Assembly: GCA_045594565.1 (NCBI GenBank)
Contig: JAZNYT010000002.1
Location: forward strand, 1,824-65,823
Length of the DNA: 64,000 nt
Source of the DNA: Eubacteriales bacterium
GTDB taxonomy: Bacteria; Bacillota; Clostridia; Oscillospirales; SIG627
Direction of reading: 5' to 3'
The translations under genes and the position numbers were made by a program. This document shows, piece by piece, positions 43,759-52,970 of the stretch (positions within the stretch are counted from its first letter, which is position 1; the number at the start of each line of letters is the position of its first letter). Under the pieces are notes generated by a model. It was not told where the DNA came from. It made no database searches and saw only the letters and a program-made list of their open reading frames with translations.

Positions 43759-44829
43759 ATGGCAGAAAAGGTTTTCAGACGTATAGGTATTCTCACATCG
43801 GGCGGCGACGCTCCGGGTATGAATCCTTGCTACAGAGCAATTACAAGAGCGATTCTCGCAAACGGTACCGAAGCTATGGGTATCAGACGTGGTTATAAAG
43901 GTCTTATAGATAACGATATGAAGCTTCTCAACGACAGAGACGTATCTAATATTATAAACATCGGAGGCACAGCACTCTATTCCGACCGTTGCATTGAGTT
44001 CAAGACGGAAGAGGGTATGCAGAAGGCGGTACAAACTTGTATTGATAATAAGATCGACGGTATCGTTGCGATAGGCGGAGACGGAACCTTCAGAGGCGCC
44101 CGCGACCTTACCGCAAGAGGAATTCCCTGTATCGGCATTCCCGGTACTATCGATAACGATATTTCCAGCACAGATTATACTATCGGCTTTGACACGGCGC
44201 TTAACACCGTTGTTCAGATGGTTGACAGACTCAGAGACACCTGTGAGTCTCACGCCCGTTGCGACGTTGTTGAGGTTATGGGCAACGGCTCGGGTTACCT
44301 TGCGCTTTATGCAGGTATTGCCGTTGGTGCAACTGCGATAGTTACAAAGGAAATCCCCTTCGACGAGGATGCACTTGTAAACAAGATGCTTGAATCAAAG
44401 CGCAACGAGAAGCGCAACTTTATCATCGTAGTTTCTGAAAATATGGGCAAGAACTTCTCTGAGAGCCTTGCGGGAATTATTCAGGAAAGAACGGGAATAG
44501 AAACAAAGCATGCAAGACTTTCTCACGTACAGAGAGGTGGCTCTCCTACACAGAGAGACCGTATGACCGCATCTCTTATGGCATTCAAGGCGGTAGAGCT
44601 TCTTTATGAAGGTAAATCCAACCTTGTTATCTGCGAACGTGAAGGAAAAATTGATTGCCTTGACATTAACTTCGCCCTTGATTTTGATAAGTTCTATAAG
44701 GGTAAGCTTTCCGAAGAGGAAATTGCAAAGCTTGACCCTAATGACAGAATTATGATGGAAGAAATGGCTAAGAGAAAGAGAGAGCAATTCCTCGAAGTAT
44801 ATCGCATAAACGACGTAATATCAAATTAA
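43759..44829 (+). CDS. pfkA: ATP-dependent 6-phosphofructokinase
   Basis: IGILTSGGDAPGMN, IGGDGTF, GIPGTIDNDI and MGNGSGYLAL. It has a C-terminal extension of roughly 35 aa relative to the usual ~320 aa. Confidence 0.9.
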   Translation: MAEKVFRRIGILTSGGDAPGMNPCYRAITRAILANGTEAMGIRRGYKGLIDNDMKLLNDRDVSNIINIGGTALYSDRCIEFKTEEGMQKAVQTCIDNKIDGIVAIGGDGTFRGARDLTARGIPCIGIPGTIDNDISSTDYTIGFDTALNTVVQMVDRLRDTCESHARCDVVEVMGNGSGYLALYAGIAVGATAIVTKEIPFDEDALVNKMLESKRNEKRNFIIVVSENMGKNFSESLAGIIQERTGIETKHARLSHVQRGGSPTQRDRMTASLMAFKAVELLYEGKSNLVICEREGKIDCLDINFALDFDKFYKGKLSEEEIAKLDPNDRIMMEEMAKRKREQFLEVYRINDVISN

Positions 44830-44831
44830 AA

Positions 44832-44860
44832 TAAAGGGGCGTATAGCCCCTTTTATTTTA
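44832..44860. terminator. bidirectional rho-independent terminator
   Basis: AAAAGGGGC-GTATA-GCCCCTTTT palindrome. Confidence 0.75.
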
Positions 44861-45371
44861 TGAATTTTAACTTTTTCCTGTATACGTGAACGTATAACCA
44901 GATGAGCTTCGTTATAAGAATATCATAGAGAAGAAAAGTGAAGTTTGAAACAAGCACCAGAAGCACAATTACAAAAGTTGAAATCTTTTCAATCATAAAG
45001 ATCTTCAACGTAAGAAATACAATGAGTGCAAGAACGCCATTGAATATCAAAAATTTTAAAATCGTTCCCCAAGGCTCGCGTATTCTTTCGAGTCGCGGCT
45101 TTATAAAAGAGTACCAACCGCAGAAGGTGATGTAAAGCACTGCTGCGATTTTCGAGGGAATCATTATAATGCAAAGAATAGTAGAGGAAGCATATACCGC
45201 AATTGCAAAGGAAGCACCGAACTCCACAAGTATAAAGGTTACGATGAGTCCGCAAATCGCAGACGCGGTATAGTCAAGCACGTCTACTATACTCGCTATA
45301 AAAAGAAGTATTACTATAAGAGCAATTGCTATGCCCGAAAAGGCAGTGGCAGTTGTTTTTCTTTTTCTCAT
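44853..45371 (-). CDS. hypothetical integral membrane protein (5-6 TM), last gene of the tmcAL operon
   Basis: Hydrophobic throughout, with no motif I recognise. The start lies 1 nt after the J-protein stop. Confidence 0.6.
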   Translation of the reverse strand: MRKRKTTATAFSGIAIALIVILLFIASIVDVLDYTASAICGLIVTFILVEFGASFAIAVYASSTILCIIMIPSKIAAVLYITFCGWYSFIKPRLERIREPWGTILKFLIFNGVLALIVFLTLKIFMIEKISTFVIVLLVLVSNFTFLLYDILITKLIWLYVHVYRKKLKFIK

Positions 45372-45372
45372 A

Positions 45373-45969
45373 TCAACAACACCTTATAAGGTCACCGCCC
45401 ATACATTCACAACAGCAATCGGCGCAGATAAGTCCGGTACACAAATCACAGGACGAGCAATCGCCGCCTGTACGTGTGATATTAAAGCCGCCGTAGGTAT
45501 TCTGGGCGTTTTGAAGCTGGCTGAAAACCGTTTGATATTCGGTGTTTGTGGGGTCCATCATACAGGCACGCTGAAGGTAGGAATAAGCTTGAGTATAATA
45601 TTGCCTTTTCATAGCAATACAACCTTTGAGATAGTTCCACTCGGCGTTTCGCGATGCCTGAGGTGTGGCATTGAGAAGACTTTCCGCATCAAGATAGTTG
45701 CCATTCATAATGTACTGACGCACCTGCGAAAAGCTTGTGCTTGAAGCACCGCTCGAGGAGTATGAGCCACCGTGACTGCTTCTTCTGTCACTTACTATTT
45801 TGTCGTATGCCTCGTTTATTTCCTTCATCTTCTCGTCGGCAAGGTCTTTGAGAGGATTGTTTACGTAATTGTCGGGATGATACTTTTTCGCAAGCTCTCT
45901 GTATGCTTTCTTAATTTCATCATCACTTGCGCCGGGGTCAACCCCAAGCACCTTGTAAGGATCAGTCAT
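45373..45969 (-). CDS. J-domain protein with a C-terminal cysteine-string tail
   Basis: [31 protein letters not shown] (HPD motif), a TPR-like middle region, and a tail [29 protein letters not shown] with 10 Cys. Confidence 0.85.
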   Translation of the reverse strand: MTDPYKVLGVDPGASDDEIKKAYRELAKKYHPDNYVNNPLKDLADEKMKEINEAYDKIVSDRRSSHGGSYSSSGASSTSFSQVRQYIMNGNYLDAESLLNATPQASRNAEWNYLKGCIAMKRQYYTQAYSYLQRACMMDPTNTEYQTVFSQLQNAQNTYGGFNITRTGGDCSSCDLCTGLICADCCCECMGGDLIRCC

Positions 45970-46837
45970 TTTTGCCTCCGTTTTTTGTCATTATTCTATA
46001 GCTTTCCTTCGAAAGCCCAAGTTCCAGTATGTTTTCTATTATTGCAGAATAAGGCGACTTATCTAAAAGATTAAATGCCGCTATCATATTTTTAGTGTGC
46101 ATCGCAAGAGAGGAGTCGATGGCGTTTATGTTGTCACGCACGCTTTTTGATGTGCCAAAGTGGGATAAAAGAGGGTTGAATACACCGCTTCTCTCATCTT
46201 TTTCAAGGTCGTCTATGGCATCTGCCGTATAGATATATATTCCCACAGCTTTACCGATAGACCGCGCTATCAACTCATCCTTTCCTTCCAGCCCGAAGGA
46301 AAGAATATCTGATAAAACGTTTCCAAAGAGACCCGAAACGTAATCGATGTCAGCACTTTTCTCCTTCTCGGCAAGAGATAGGTCATCAAGACTTTTAGTT
46401 ATTCTTTTCATCAATTCATCATACTCGGGAAATTTCTTTGCAAGCCCCTTGACTTTAGCGCTGAAATGTAAATATAAGGGCAACTGTACCGCTTTTTTGA
46501 AAATACTTGTATCGCCGTCCGAAAGGTCGTCCTTTATATTGAGACAGGTGAGTATAAGCGCTGAATTTGCCGTGAACAAAGCACTGTCCTTCGGTATACT
46601 GTAGGCAACCTTTTTCAAAGGATTGTATTTGCATCTGCCCTTTGTTAAAATCGCTTTTTCTTCGGTTATTGCCTCTCTTACCATCGTGAGAAAAACAAAA
46701 TCGTAGCTGAGCTTAAAGGGAAGAATAAAGGAAACGTTATTTCTTATTGTAGCACATAGACCGCAATATACTGCCTTGTAAAGAGCGAGGTCTTTTACAA
46801 GCAGATTGTCACGGTCAGGCTTAATGTATCCAAACAT
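45962..46837 (-). CDS. uncharacterised protein, DUF5685-like
   Basis: [31 protein letters not shown] is the N-terminus I associate with DUF5685. This is from memory and unverified. It has an 8-nt overlap with the J-protein start. Confidence 0.6.
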   Translation of the reverse strand: MFGYIKPDRDNLLVKDLALYKAVYCGLCATIRNNVSFILPFKLSYDFVFLTMVREAITEEKAILTKGRCKYNPLKKVAYSIPKDSALFTANSALILTCLNIKDDLSDGDTSIFKKAVQLPLYLHFSAKVKGLAKKFPEYDELMKRITKSLDDLSLAEKEKSADIDYVSGLFGNVLSDILSFGLEGKDELIARSIGKAVGIYIYTADAIDDLEKDERSGVFNPLLSHFGTSKSVRDNINAIDSSLAMHTKNMIAAFNLLDKSPYSAIIENILELGLSKESYRIMTKNGGKND

Positions 46838-46840
46838 ATT

Positions 46841-48046
46841 TTATCCTAAAAAGTCGTAGAATTTTTCTATTTCGTATCTGTTTGAAAAATCCCTCGACGA
46901 AAGCTCTTTTATATACTCTTCTTGGATTTCTGCATCTTCGATAAGAGCCTTGAGTCCCTCGTATATTCCTTCAACCGAAATATCACACACCCGACCGAGC
47001 TTTCCGCCTTCAAGCTGTTCTTCTGCCGAAAGGTAACGGGATGCCAGGATGGGCTTTTTCATAATCTTTGCTTCCTCAACCGCAATGGGCTTTCCTTCGT
47101 ATCGAGAGGGCTGTGCATAGATATCGCACTCCGCAAGATATGTGTATGGATTTGGAGTAGTGCCGAGGAAGATAAAGCTCTCCTCCAAGGCATTTTCTTT
47201 TACTAGTCCCTTGATATAATCCGCATAGTCATCGTCGGCACCCCCGACAACGTACCATCTTACGTTATATCCTTCATCAATAAGCTTCTTCAATGCGGGA
47301 ATAGCAAGGTCATAACCCTTCTGGTCGGCTATTCTGCCTACCGTCAGAATTCTCGTACCCTTGAAATCATCTTCAAACCCCTTGCCCTCGCGGGACATCT
47401 TTTCGATGAGCAGAGGATTATTTATATTTTCGATTACAACGCATTTGTCCGAAAGAGTGGGAAGCTCTCTTTTAAGTGCATCGTCTACTACAGTAGATAC
47501 GTTTACTATTTTATCGCACTTTTCAAAATAAGGAAGATAGATATCGTTATCACGCTTTGGGAAAGAGTAGTCGAAGTGAAGCCAGGTTATCTTCTTCTTC
47601 GCCTTCACCTTATCTATCATATAGAACATCGTGCGGTCACCCCAGTACGCTACCGCAACGTCATATTCCTTTTTCACCTCGGGCATCTTGTTCATCAGAT
47701 GAAGCCACATTTTAGTAGCTATTCTTACCCTCTTTTTCTTAAACAGAACGAGCCCTGTGAAATACGGGAGAATGTCAAAAGCGTAAAGAGGATTTTTCTT
47801 TATGTAGGTGTTAAAAATAAGGTGGAAAGCGTTTTTGGAGCTGAGCTTGAACACCTCTCCGAAATGTCCCATATCCAAAACGTTGATTCCTTCGGGAAGG
47901 GAGGACATAAAAAGTCCTTCCTTCTTTGCGAGAAGAAGGTCTACCTCGTATTTATCAAGGTCGAGCGTGTTTATGAACGAGAGAAATGACTTTTCACTTC
48001 CCGCGCAGTTCATGGTGATACCTATAAACAGAATTTTCTTTTTCAT
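46841..48046 (-). CDS. glycosyltransferase, family 4 / GT-B fold
   Basis: MKKKILFIGITMNCAGSEKS start, and a C-terminal ...YAQPSRYEGKPIAVEEAKIMKKPILAS E-x7-E-like motif. The ATG at 48046 overlaps the tmcAL stop (ATGA). Confidence 0.8.
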   Translation of the reverse strand: MKKKILFIGITMNCAGSEKSFLSFINTLDLDKYEVDLLLAKKEGLFMSSLPEGINVLDMGHFGEVFKLSSKNAFHLIFNTYIKKNPLYAFDILPYFTGLVLFKKKRVRIATKMWLHLMNKMPEVKKEYDVAVAYWGDRTMFYMIDKVKAKKKITWLHFDYSFPKRDNDIYLPYFEKCDKIVNVSTVVDDALKRELPTLSDKCVVIENINNPLLIEKMSREGKGFEDDFKGTRILTVGRIADQKGYDLAIPALKKLIDEGYNVRWYVVGGADDDYADYIKGLVKENALEESFIFLGTTPNPYTYLAECDIYAQPSRYEGKPIAVEEAKIMKKPILASRYLSAEEQLEGGKLGRVCDISVEGIYEGLKALIEDAEIQEEYIKELSSRDFSNRYEIEKFYDFLG

Positions 48047-49227
48047 TTTAACCCCTCTTTTGTATACGGCTTCTTTTTTATGAACCAACTGCCTTCCTCG
48101 GGTGACGTCATACATCTTGCATAGATACTGTCGGCAAATACCTCTTTTTCCGCCGAAGCAAGAGCGTGCTTCTTGAAATCAGCTCCTCTTGACATTATAA
48201 CGGCGCCGTCACTGTGCCGTAGGCGAGACACTATTCTTCGCCCTCTTTCGTTCATTGCAAGAAGTGTTATATATTCAGGCTCCTTGTGCATATAGACGTC
48301 GTATTCCACGTCAAGAAGCAGATTCACGAGCGTTCTGTCGATTTTCGTTTCGGGATGCTTTCTTCTTGAAAGGGAGGTGCGGAAGCCTCTGAAATCAGTA
48401 TATTTTTCTGCACTGTTTTTTATAATGTTTGCAAGCTCTGAATTTCCTGTATATTTTGCCAAAATATTACTGCTTTTTGAAATTATAACGGAATATAAGA
48501 AATTTTCATATTTTTCATAGTTGAAAGGACTCGCAGCTCCAAGCACTTCTCGGGCAGCATCAGGAAGGTGCGAAAGAAAGTCACCGCCGCTTTTTGATAT
48601 TTTTCTTATCGACGTTGCAGAGAGGATTTCTCCCGTTTCCGATTCATCGTGATAAGCGTTTCCTTTTCGTTTTATGGGGAGCGGTTTTATATCGGGCGCA
48701 AATTTTTTTATCGCCTTAAGGTACTCTACTGCGAGAATGTTATTAGGAGTCTTTATTATATTTGCGGCTCTTTCGCCAAGAAGCGAAAGCACTGCTTTTT
48801 CACGAAGAGTTGCATAGGAGACGGAAGGATGCTTTTCTGTTTCCTCTTTCATTATGATGTCGAATTTGCTGTCTGTGAGTGCATTTGCAACCTCTGTAAG
48901 AAGTGAAAGGTCGTCATCCTCTACACCGAATGCAAGATGTGTTACGCCAAGTCTTTTTGCAATGTGTATTCCACTCTCCGCAAAGCCTTCAGCCGAAAGA
49001 AGAGCGTGTACAAGAGGCATGGACACCGCAAGGTCTGCACCTTCGTCTACCGCGCACCGACCTCTTGCATATTTATCGAAAAGAGCAGGCTCACCGCGTT
49101 GAACAAAATTCGGACTCATGATACAAACGATACTCGCATCATCTGATATGCGCTTGATTTCGTCAAGCTGAAACTTATGCCCTTTATGAAAAGGATTGTA
49201 TTCCGAAACTACACCAACCGTATCCAT
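48043..49227 (-). CDS. tmcAL: tRNA(Met) cytidine acetate ligase (TmcAL; YlbM/UPF0348 nucleotidyltransferase)
   Basis: GVVSEYNPFHKGHKFQL HIGH-like N-terminus, and a length of about 390 aa. Confidence 0.8.
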   Translation of the reverse strand: MDTVGVVSEYNPFHKGHKFQLDEIKRISDDASIVCIMSPNFVQRGEPALFDKYARGRCAVDEGADLAVSMPLVHALLSAEGFAESGIHIAKRLGVTHLAFGVEDDDLSLLTEVANALTDSKFDIIMKEETEKHPSVSYATLREKAVLSLLGERAANIIKTPNNILAVEYLKAIKKFAPDIKPLPIKRKGNAYHDESETGEILSATSIRKISKSGGDFLSHLPDAAREVLGAASPFNYEKYENFLYSVIISKSSNILAKYTGNSELANIIKNSAEKYTDFRGFRTSLSRRKHPETKIDRTLVNLLLDVEYDVYMHKEPEYITLLAMNERGRRIVSRLRHSDGAVIMSRGADFKKHALASAEKEVFADSIYARCMTSPEEGSWFIKKKPYTKEGLK

Positions 49228-49312
49228 AACTCTCTCCTTTCTTTGCTTCTTAAATTATATTATACCAATTTTTTCTTTTAAAATCAAGTAAACTTTTATA
49301 TTTCTGCATTTC

Positions 49313-49340
49313 AAAAAAATGAGGTGCTGTCAGCACCTCA
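49313..49340 (-). terminator. rho-independent terminator after the acyl-CoA ligase gene
   Basis: The minus strand reads ATGAGGTGCTG-A-CAGCACCTCAT followed by TTTTTTT. Confidence 0.75.
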
Positions 49341-51071
49341 TTCTTTGCTCTTTTCTATTAAGTTCCTTTTGATTTTCTTGGTTGTGGTCTTTTCGAATTC
49401 CTTATCTCTTATTACGATTTTGCGAATTTGCTTATAGCTCGGAAGTGCTTCAAGCTTTTCTCTTACCTTTTCGGTTATATATTTTATCTTTTCTTCCTTT
49501 GTCGCAACACCGGCATTTTCGGTCTTTTCGGGATTTAGATATATTTCAGCGCAAAGAGCGGTTTCGTCACCCTTTGAGTTTTCAAGCGAATAAATCACAA
49601 CCTCCTCCACAAGAGGAATTGTTGCAATATAGTTTTCTATTTCCTCGGGATAAACGTTTTTACCGTTAGAAAGAACAATTATGTTTTTCTTTCTTCCCGT
49701 AATTGAGATTTGTCCCTTTTCGTTTATAAAACCATAGTCACCCGTCTTGAACCATTCGCCGTCGAAGGCTTCTTCTGTTGCTTCTTCGTTCTTGTAGTAG
49801 CCCTTCATAACGATAGGACCCTTTACCATAATTTCACCGATTCCTTCCTTGTCGGGCGAGTCAATTCTCACCTCAACACCGGGCAAGGGGAGACCTACCG
49901 TTCTCACGTCGTAGAACTCGTTTCTGTTTGCGGATACAAGTGGAGAGCATTCGGTGATACCATATCCGATAACCACGGGAAGTCCTACGGCTTCGAAAAA
50001 ATCACCAAGGTCGGGACGAAGGAGAGCTCCGCCCGATAACAGTGTTTTGATGTTTCCTCCAAACGCCGCGTGAACCGATTTGTAAAGCTTTTTTCTTACG
50101 TCGATGCCCGCCTTGAGAAGCGAGTTCGTTACGGGTATCATTTTGCGAAGAAGCATGTCTTTTCCTGTCTTTTCGGCTTCCTTCATTATTCTGTCGTAGA
50201 ATATTTCAAGATACCTCGGCACAAGGAACATATAGTCGGGCTTGTATTCTTTAAGATTAAGGGGCACCGCTCTGATGCTCTCGTTTATACATATAGTTAC
50301 GTGAGATTTAAGACCTCCGAGAATATCGCAGACCGACGCATAGGTGTGATGATAGGGGAGAACGGAAAGACAAGTGCCTTCAAGAAGCGCAAGACTGAGG
50401 CCTCCGTATATCATTGATGTGATACTTTCGATAGTTAGCATTACACCCTTTGCAACGCCTGTAGTGCCCGAAGTGTATACAAGAAGCTTTACGTCGTCGT
50501 TTTTAAAGGTTATATCGCGATACGCCTTCTTATCACAGCTCTTTCCGTATTCGTATAAATCGAAAAAGTCAATCTTCTGACTGTCACTTAGGGGAGAGCC
50601 CTCCTTAATCGGAGTCCAGGACTCAAAACAGATAAACTTGCGTACCTTGGTAAGCTTATCTTTGTTCTTTTCAATAAATCCCTCGAAATCCTTTGAGTAA
50701 AATATCACCTCACTGTCGGAGGAGTCGAGCACGTTGAGCATTTCACCTTCGGGAAGCTCACGGTCAATGGGAACAACCGTCGCTCTCGTTACAAGAAGAG
50801 ATAAATATATGTTTATCCATCTATATGAGTTTTCTCCGAGAATCGCAACGTGACCTGCGTCAAGCCCGAGATTTGCTAAAGCGTTTCCGAGCACTTCAAC
50901 CTCACCACTGAATTCTCTGTAGGATATTTCGTGTATCTCACCCTTATATCTGTACTTGAAAGCAGTCTTATCGGGAAGAGATACGGTATACTCCAAAAGA
51001 TGTCTGAAGTCACGGAACTTGATGTTGTCATAAAGTGCATAATTCTTCTTTTTATTCATATAGTTAAACAA
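49338..51071 (-). CDS. AMP-dependent long-chain fatty acid-CoA ligase
   Basis: LVYTSGTTGVAKGVML AMP-binding motif, GYGITE, TGDYG and GRKKNII. The start is uncertain (TTG 51071 or ATG 51059). Confidence 0.85.
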   Translation of the reverse strand: MFNYMNKKKNYALYDNIKFRDFRHLLEYTVSLPDKTAFKYRYKGEIHEISYREFSGEVEVLGNALANLGLDAGHVAILGENSYRWINIYLSLLVTRATVVPIDRELPEGEMLNVLDSSDSEVIFYSKDFEGFIEKNKDKLTKVRKFICFESWTPIKEGSPLSDSQKIDFFDLYEYGKSCDKKAYRDITFKNDDVKLLVYTSGTTGVAKGVMLTIESITSMIYGGLSLALLEGTCLSVLPYHHTYASVCDILGGLKSHVTICINESIRAVPLNLKEYKPDYMFLVPRYLEIFYDRIMKEAEKTGKDMLLRKMIPVTNSLLKAGIDVRKKLYKSVHAAFGGNIKTLLSGGALLRPDLGDFFEAVGLPVVIGYGITECSPLVSANRNEFYDVRTVGLPLPGVEVRIDSPDKEGIGEIMVKGPIVMKGYYKNEEATEEAFDGEWFKTGDYGFINEKGQISITGRKKNIIVLSNGKNVYPEEIENYIATIPLVEEVVIYSLENSKGDETALCAEIYLNPEKTENAGVATKEEKIKYITEKVREKLEALPSYKQIRKIVIRDKEFEKTTTKKIKRNLIEKSKE

Positions 51072-51191
51072 ATCCTCTCATCTAGTTTGCGAAACTATTA
51101 TATCACGTTATTGAAATGTTGTCAATGGAAATTTTATGTTGCTATTTTATTTATAATGTGTTACAATTATAAAAAATATTTAGGAGATTAT

Positions 51192-52253
51192 ATGAAAATA
51201 TCAGATATATCTACCCCCGCCCTTATTCTTGAAAAAAGCACCTTTGAGAAAAATCTCTCAAAGATGAAGGAACTTGTTGAAAAGTACGGCATAATGCTGC
51301 GCCCTCATTATAAATCAAACAAATGCCCCTATATTGCCAAGAAGCAAATAGAGCTTGGTGCCGTGGGTGTGTGTTGTGCAAAGCTCGGAGAGGCTTTTGA
51401 CCTTGTTGATAATGGAGTCGAAAACGTCCTTATTGCAAACGAGATAGTAACCGAAAAGAAAATAAAAGATATGGCTCATCTCGCCAAAAGAGCAAAGCTT
51501 ACCGTGCTTGTTGATTCGATAGAAAATGCAAACAACATAGAAAAAGCTTTAACGGAAGCGGACTCATTTATGTCCTGCTACGCAGAGCTTGATACAGGTA
51601 TGAATCGATGCGGAGGCAACGTGGAAGAAACGGTAGAGCTTTCGCTTTGGATAAAAAATAACCTGAAACGCCTTTCATTAGAAGGAATTCAAGCGTATGC
51701 AGGACACCTTTCTCACGAAAAAGACAATGAGAAGAGATGCAGAGAGGCGGAGGGGGTTATCAATAAAGTAAAAGAAGTTGTTACGGCACTTAAAGAAAAT
51801 GGAATTGAAGTCCCTGTTGTCAGTGGAATAAGTACAGGAACTCTTGAAGACAAAGCACCGTATAAGGTATATAACGAAGCACAGGCGGGAAGCTATATTT
51901 TTTCGGATTCGTCCTATAACAAGCTTCCGATATCCTTTGAAAACTCTCTCTTTGTTCTTACAACAGTCATCAGCACCAAGAAGGATAGGATAGTCACCGA
52001 TTCGGGAGTAAAAAGCTGTGGAGTTGACCAAGGTATGCCGGAAGTTTACGGAATGAAGGACTATTCTATTGACCTTCACGAGGAACACGGCTTGATTACG
52101 AAGTACGACCATTCTTATAAAGTAGGGGACACCCTTCGCTATATTCCGGGTCATTGTTGTTCAACCGTAAACCTTTACGACAAAATATATCTCATTGACG
52201 GGGATGACGTTGTAGACGTTCTTGGCATAGTATCAAGAGGCAAATCACAATAA
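51192..52253 (+). CDS. PLP-dependent D-serine dehydratase / D-threonine aldolase-like protein (alanine racemase N-terminal fold)
   Basis: STPALILEKSTFEKNL, LRPHYKSNKC (PLP-lysine context), and a C-terminal beta domain. The ATG at 51192 follows TAGGAG. The ORF-track extension back to 50931 overlaps the divergent gene. Confidence 0.75.
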   Translation: MKISDISTPALILEKSTFEKNLSKMKELVEKYGIMLRPHYKSNKCPYIAKKQIELGAVGVCCAKLGEAFDLVDNGVENVLIANEIVTEKKIKDMAHLAKRAKLTVLVDSIENANNIEKALTEADSFMSCYAELDTGMNRCGGNVEETVELSLWIKNNLKRLSLEGIQAYAGHLSHEKDNEKRCREAEGVINKVKEVVTALKENGIEVPVVSGISTGTLEDKAPYKVYNEAQAGSYIFSDSSYNKLPISFENSLFVLTTVISTKKDRIVTDSGVKSCGVDQGMPEVYGMKDYSIDLHEEHGLITKYDHSYKVGDTLRYIPGHCCSTVNLYDKIYLIDGDDVVDVLGIVSRGKSQ

Positions 52254-52259
52254 ACAAAG

Positions 52260-52297
52260 CGGACTGTAAAATATAAATTTTACAGTCCGTTTCTTTT
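52260..52297. terminator. bidirectional rho-independent terminator
   Basis: 13-bp stem CGGACTGTAAAAT/ATTTTACAGTCCG, loop ATAA, T-rich tail. Confidence 0.8.
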
Positions 52298-52964
52298 AAT
52301 TCTCTTTAGCATTCAAAAGAGCAAGTATATTATCTCTTGCATTCATTATATGTCTTTCGGCAAGCTCCTTTGCTTTCTTTGAATCCTTTGCGGCGATTGC
52401 TTCGAAAATAGCGCGATGCTCTTTTACCGCCTCAATTGTTCTTCCTGCCGAAAGGAGTGAAGATTCTCTTGCGCGCTTTGAATGATTGTGAAGGGAGTCA
52501 AGGGTGTGCTTGAGAATACGGCTTCCCGAAACGTCGTTTATTACCTCATGGAACTTACTGTCGAGCTGTAAAAGCTGCAGAACGTCGGATTTCGAAGAGT
52601 AGAATTCCTGAAGCTCAACTATCGTTTCAAGCTCTTTTATCTTTTCATCGGTTATTCTTTCTGCCGCCCATTGCGAGCTTATTCCTTCGACGGCAACTCT
52701 TATAGTGTAAATGTCTATTATATCTTCTGTGGATATTCCCACAACAAAGGTACCTCTGTTGGGAATGGTCATTACAAGTCCGTCAAGCTCAAGCTGCTTT
52801 AGTGCCTCTCTTACGGGTGTTCTGCTTACGCCCAGCTCAAGTGAAATTTTTGATTCAACAAGCTGGTCGCCCACCGAATATACACCCGAAAGGATAGCCT
52901 GTTCTATTTCTTCAAAAACCTTTACCGTGAGTGAGTGTGAATTGTTGTTATTTATAGATTTCAT
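52296..52964 (-). CDS. GntR family transcriptional regulator (FadR/FCD subfamily)
   Basis: N-terminal winged HTH (ESKISLELGVSRTPVREALKQLELDGLV) plus a helical FCD domain. Confidence 0.85.
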   Translation of the reverse strand: MKSINNNNSHSLTVKVFEEIEQAILSGVYSVGDQLVESKISLELGVSRTPVREALKQLELDGLVMTIPNRGTFVVGISTEDIIDIYTIRVAVEGISSQWAAERITDEKIKELETIVELQEFYSSKSDVLQLLQLDSKFHEVINDVSGSRILKHTLDSLHNHSKRARESSLLSAGRTIEAVKEHRAIFEAIAAKDSKKAKELAERHIMNARDNILALLNAKEN

Positions 52965-52970
52965 AATTAT

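Noticed and set aside
50931-51191. The N-terminal 87-codon extension of the ORF 50931-52253.
   Set aside because: The extension overlaps the 5' end of the divergent acyl-CoA ligase gene and its promoter region and has no homology. The ATG at 51192 has an RBS and begins the conserved domain.
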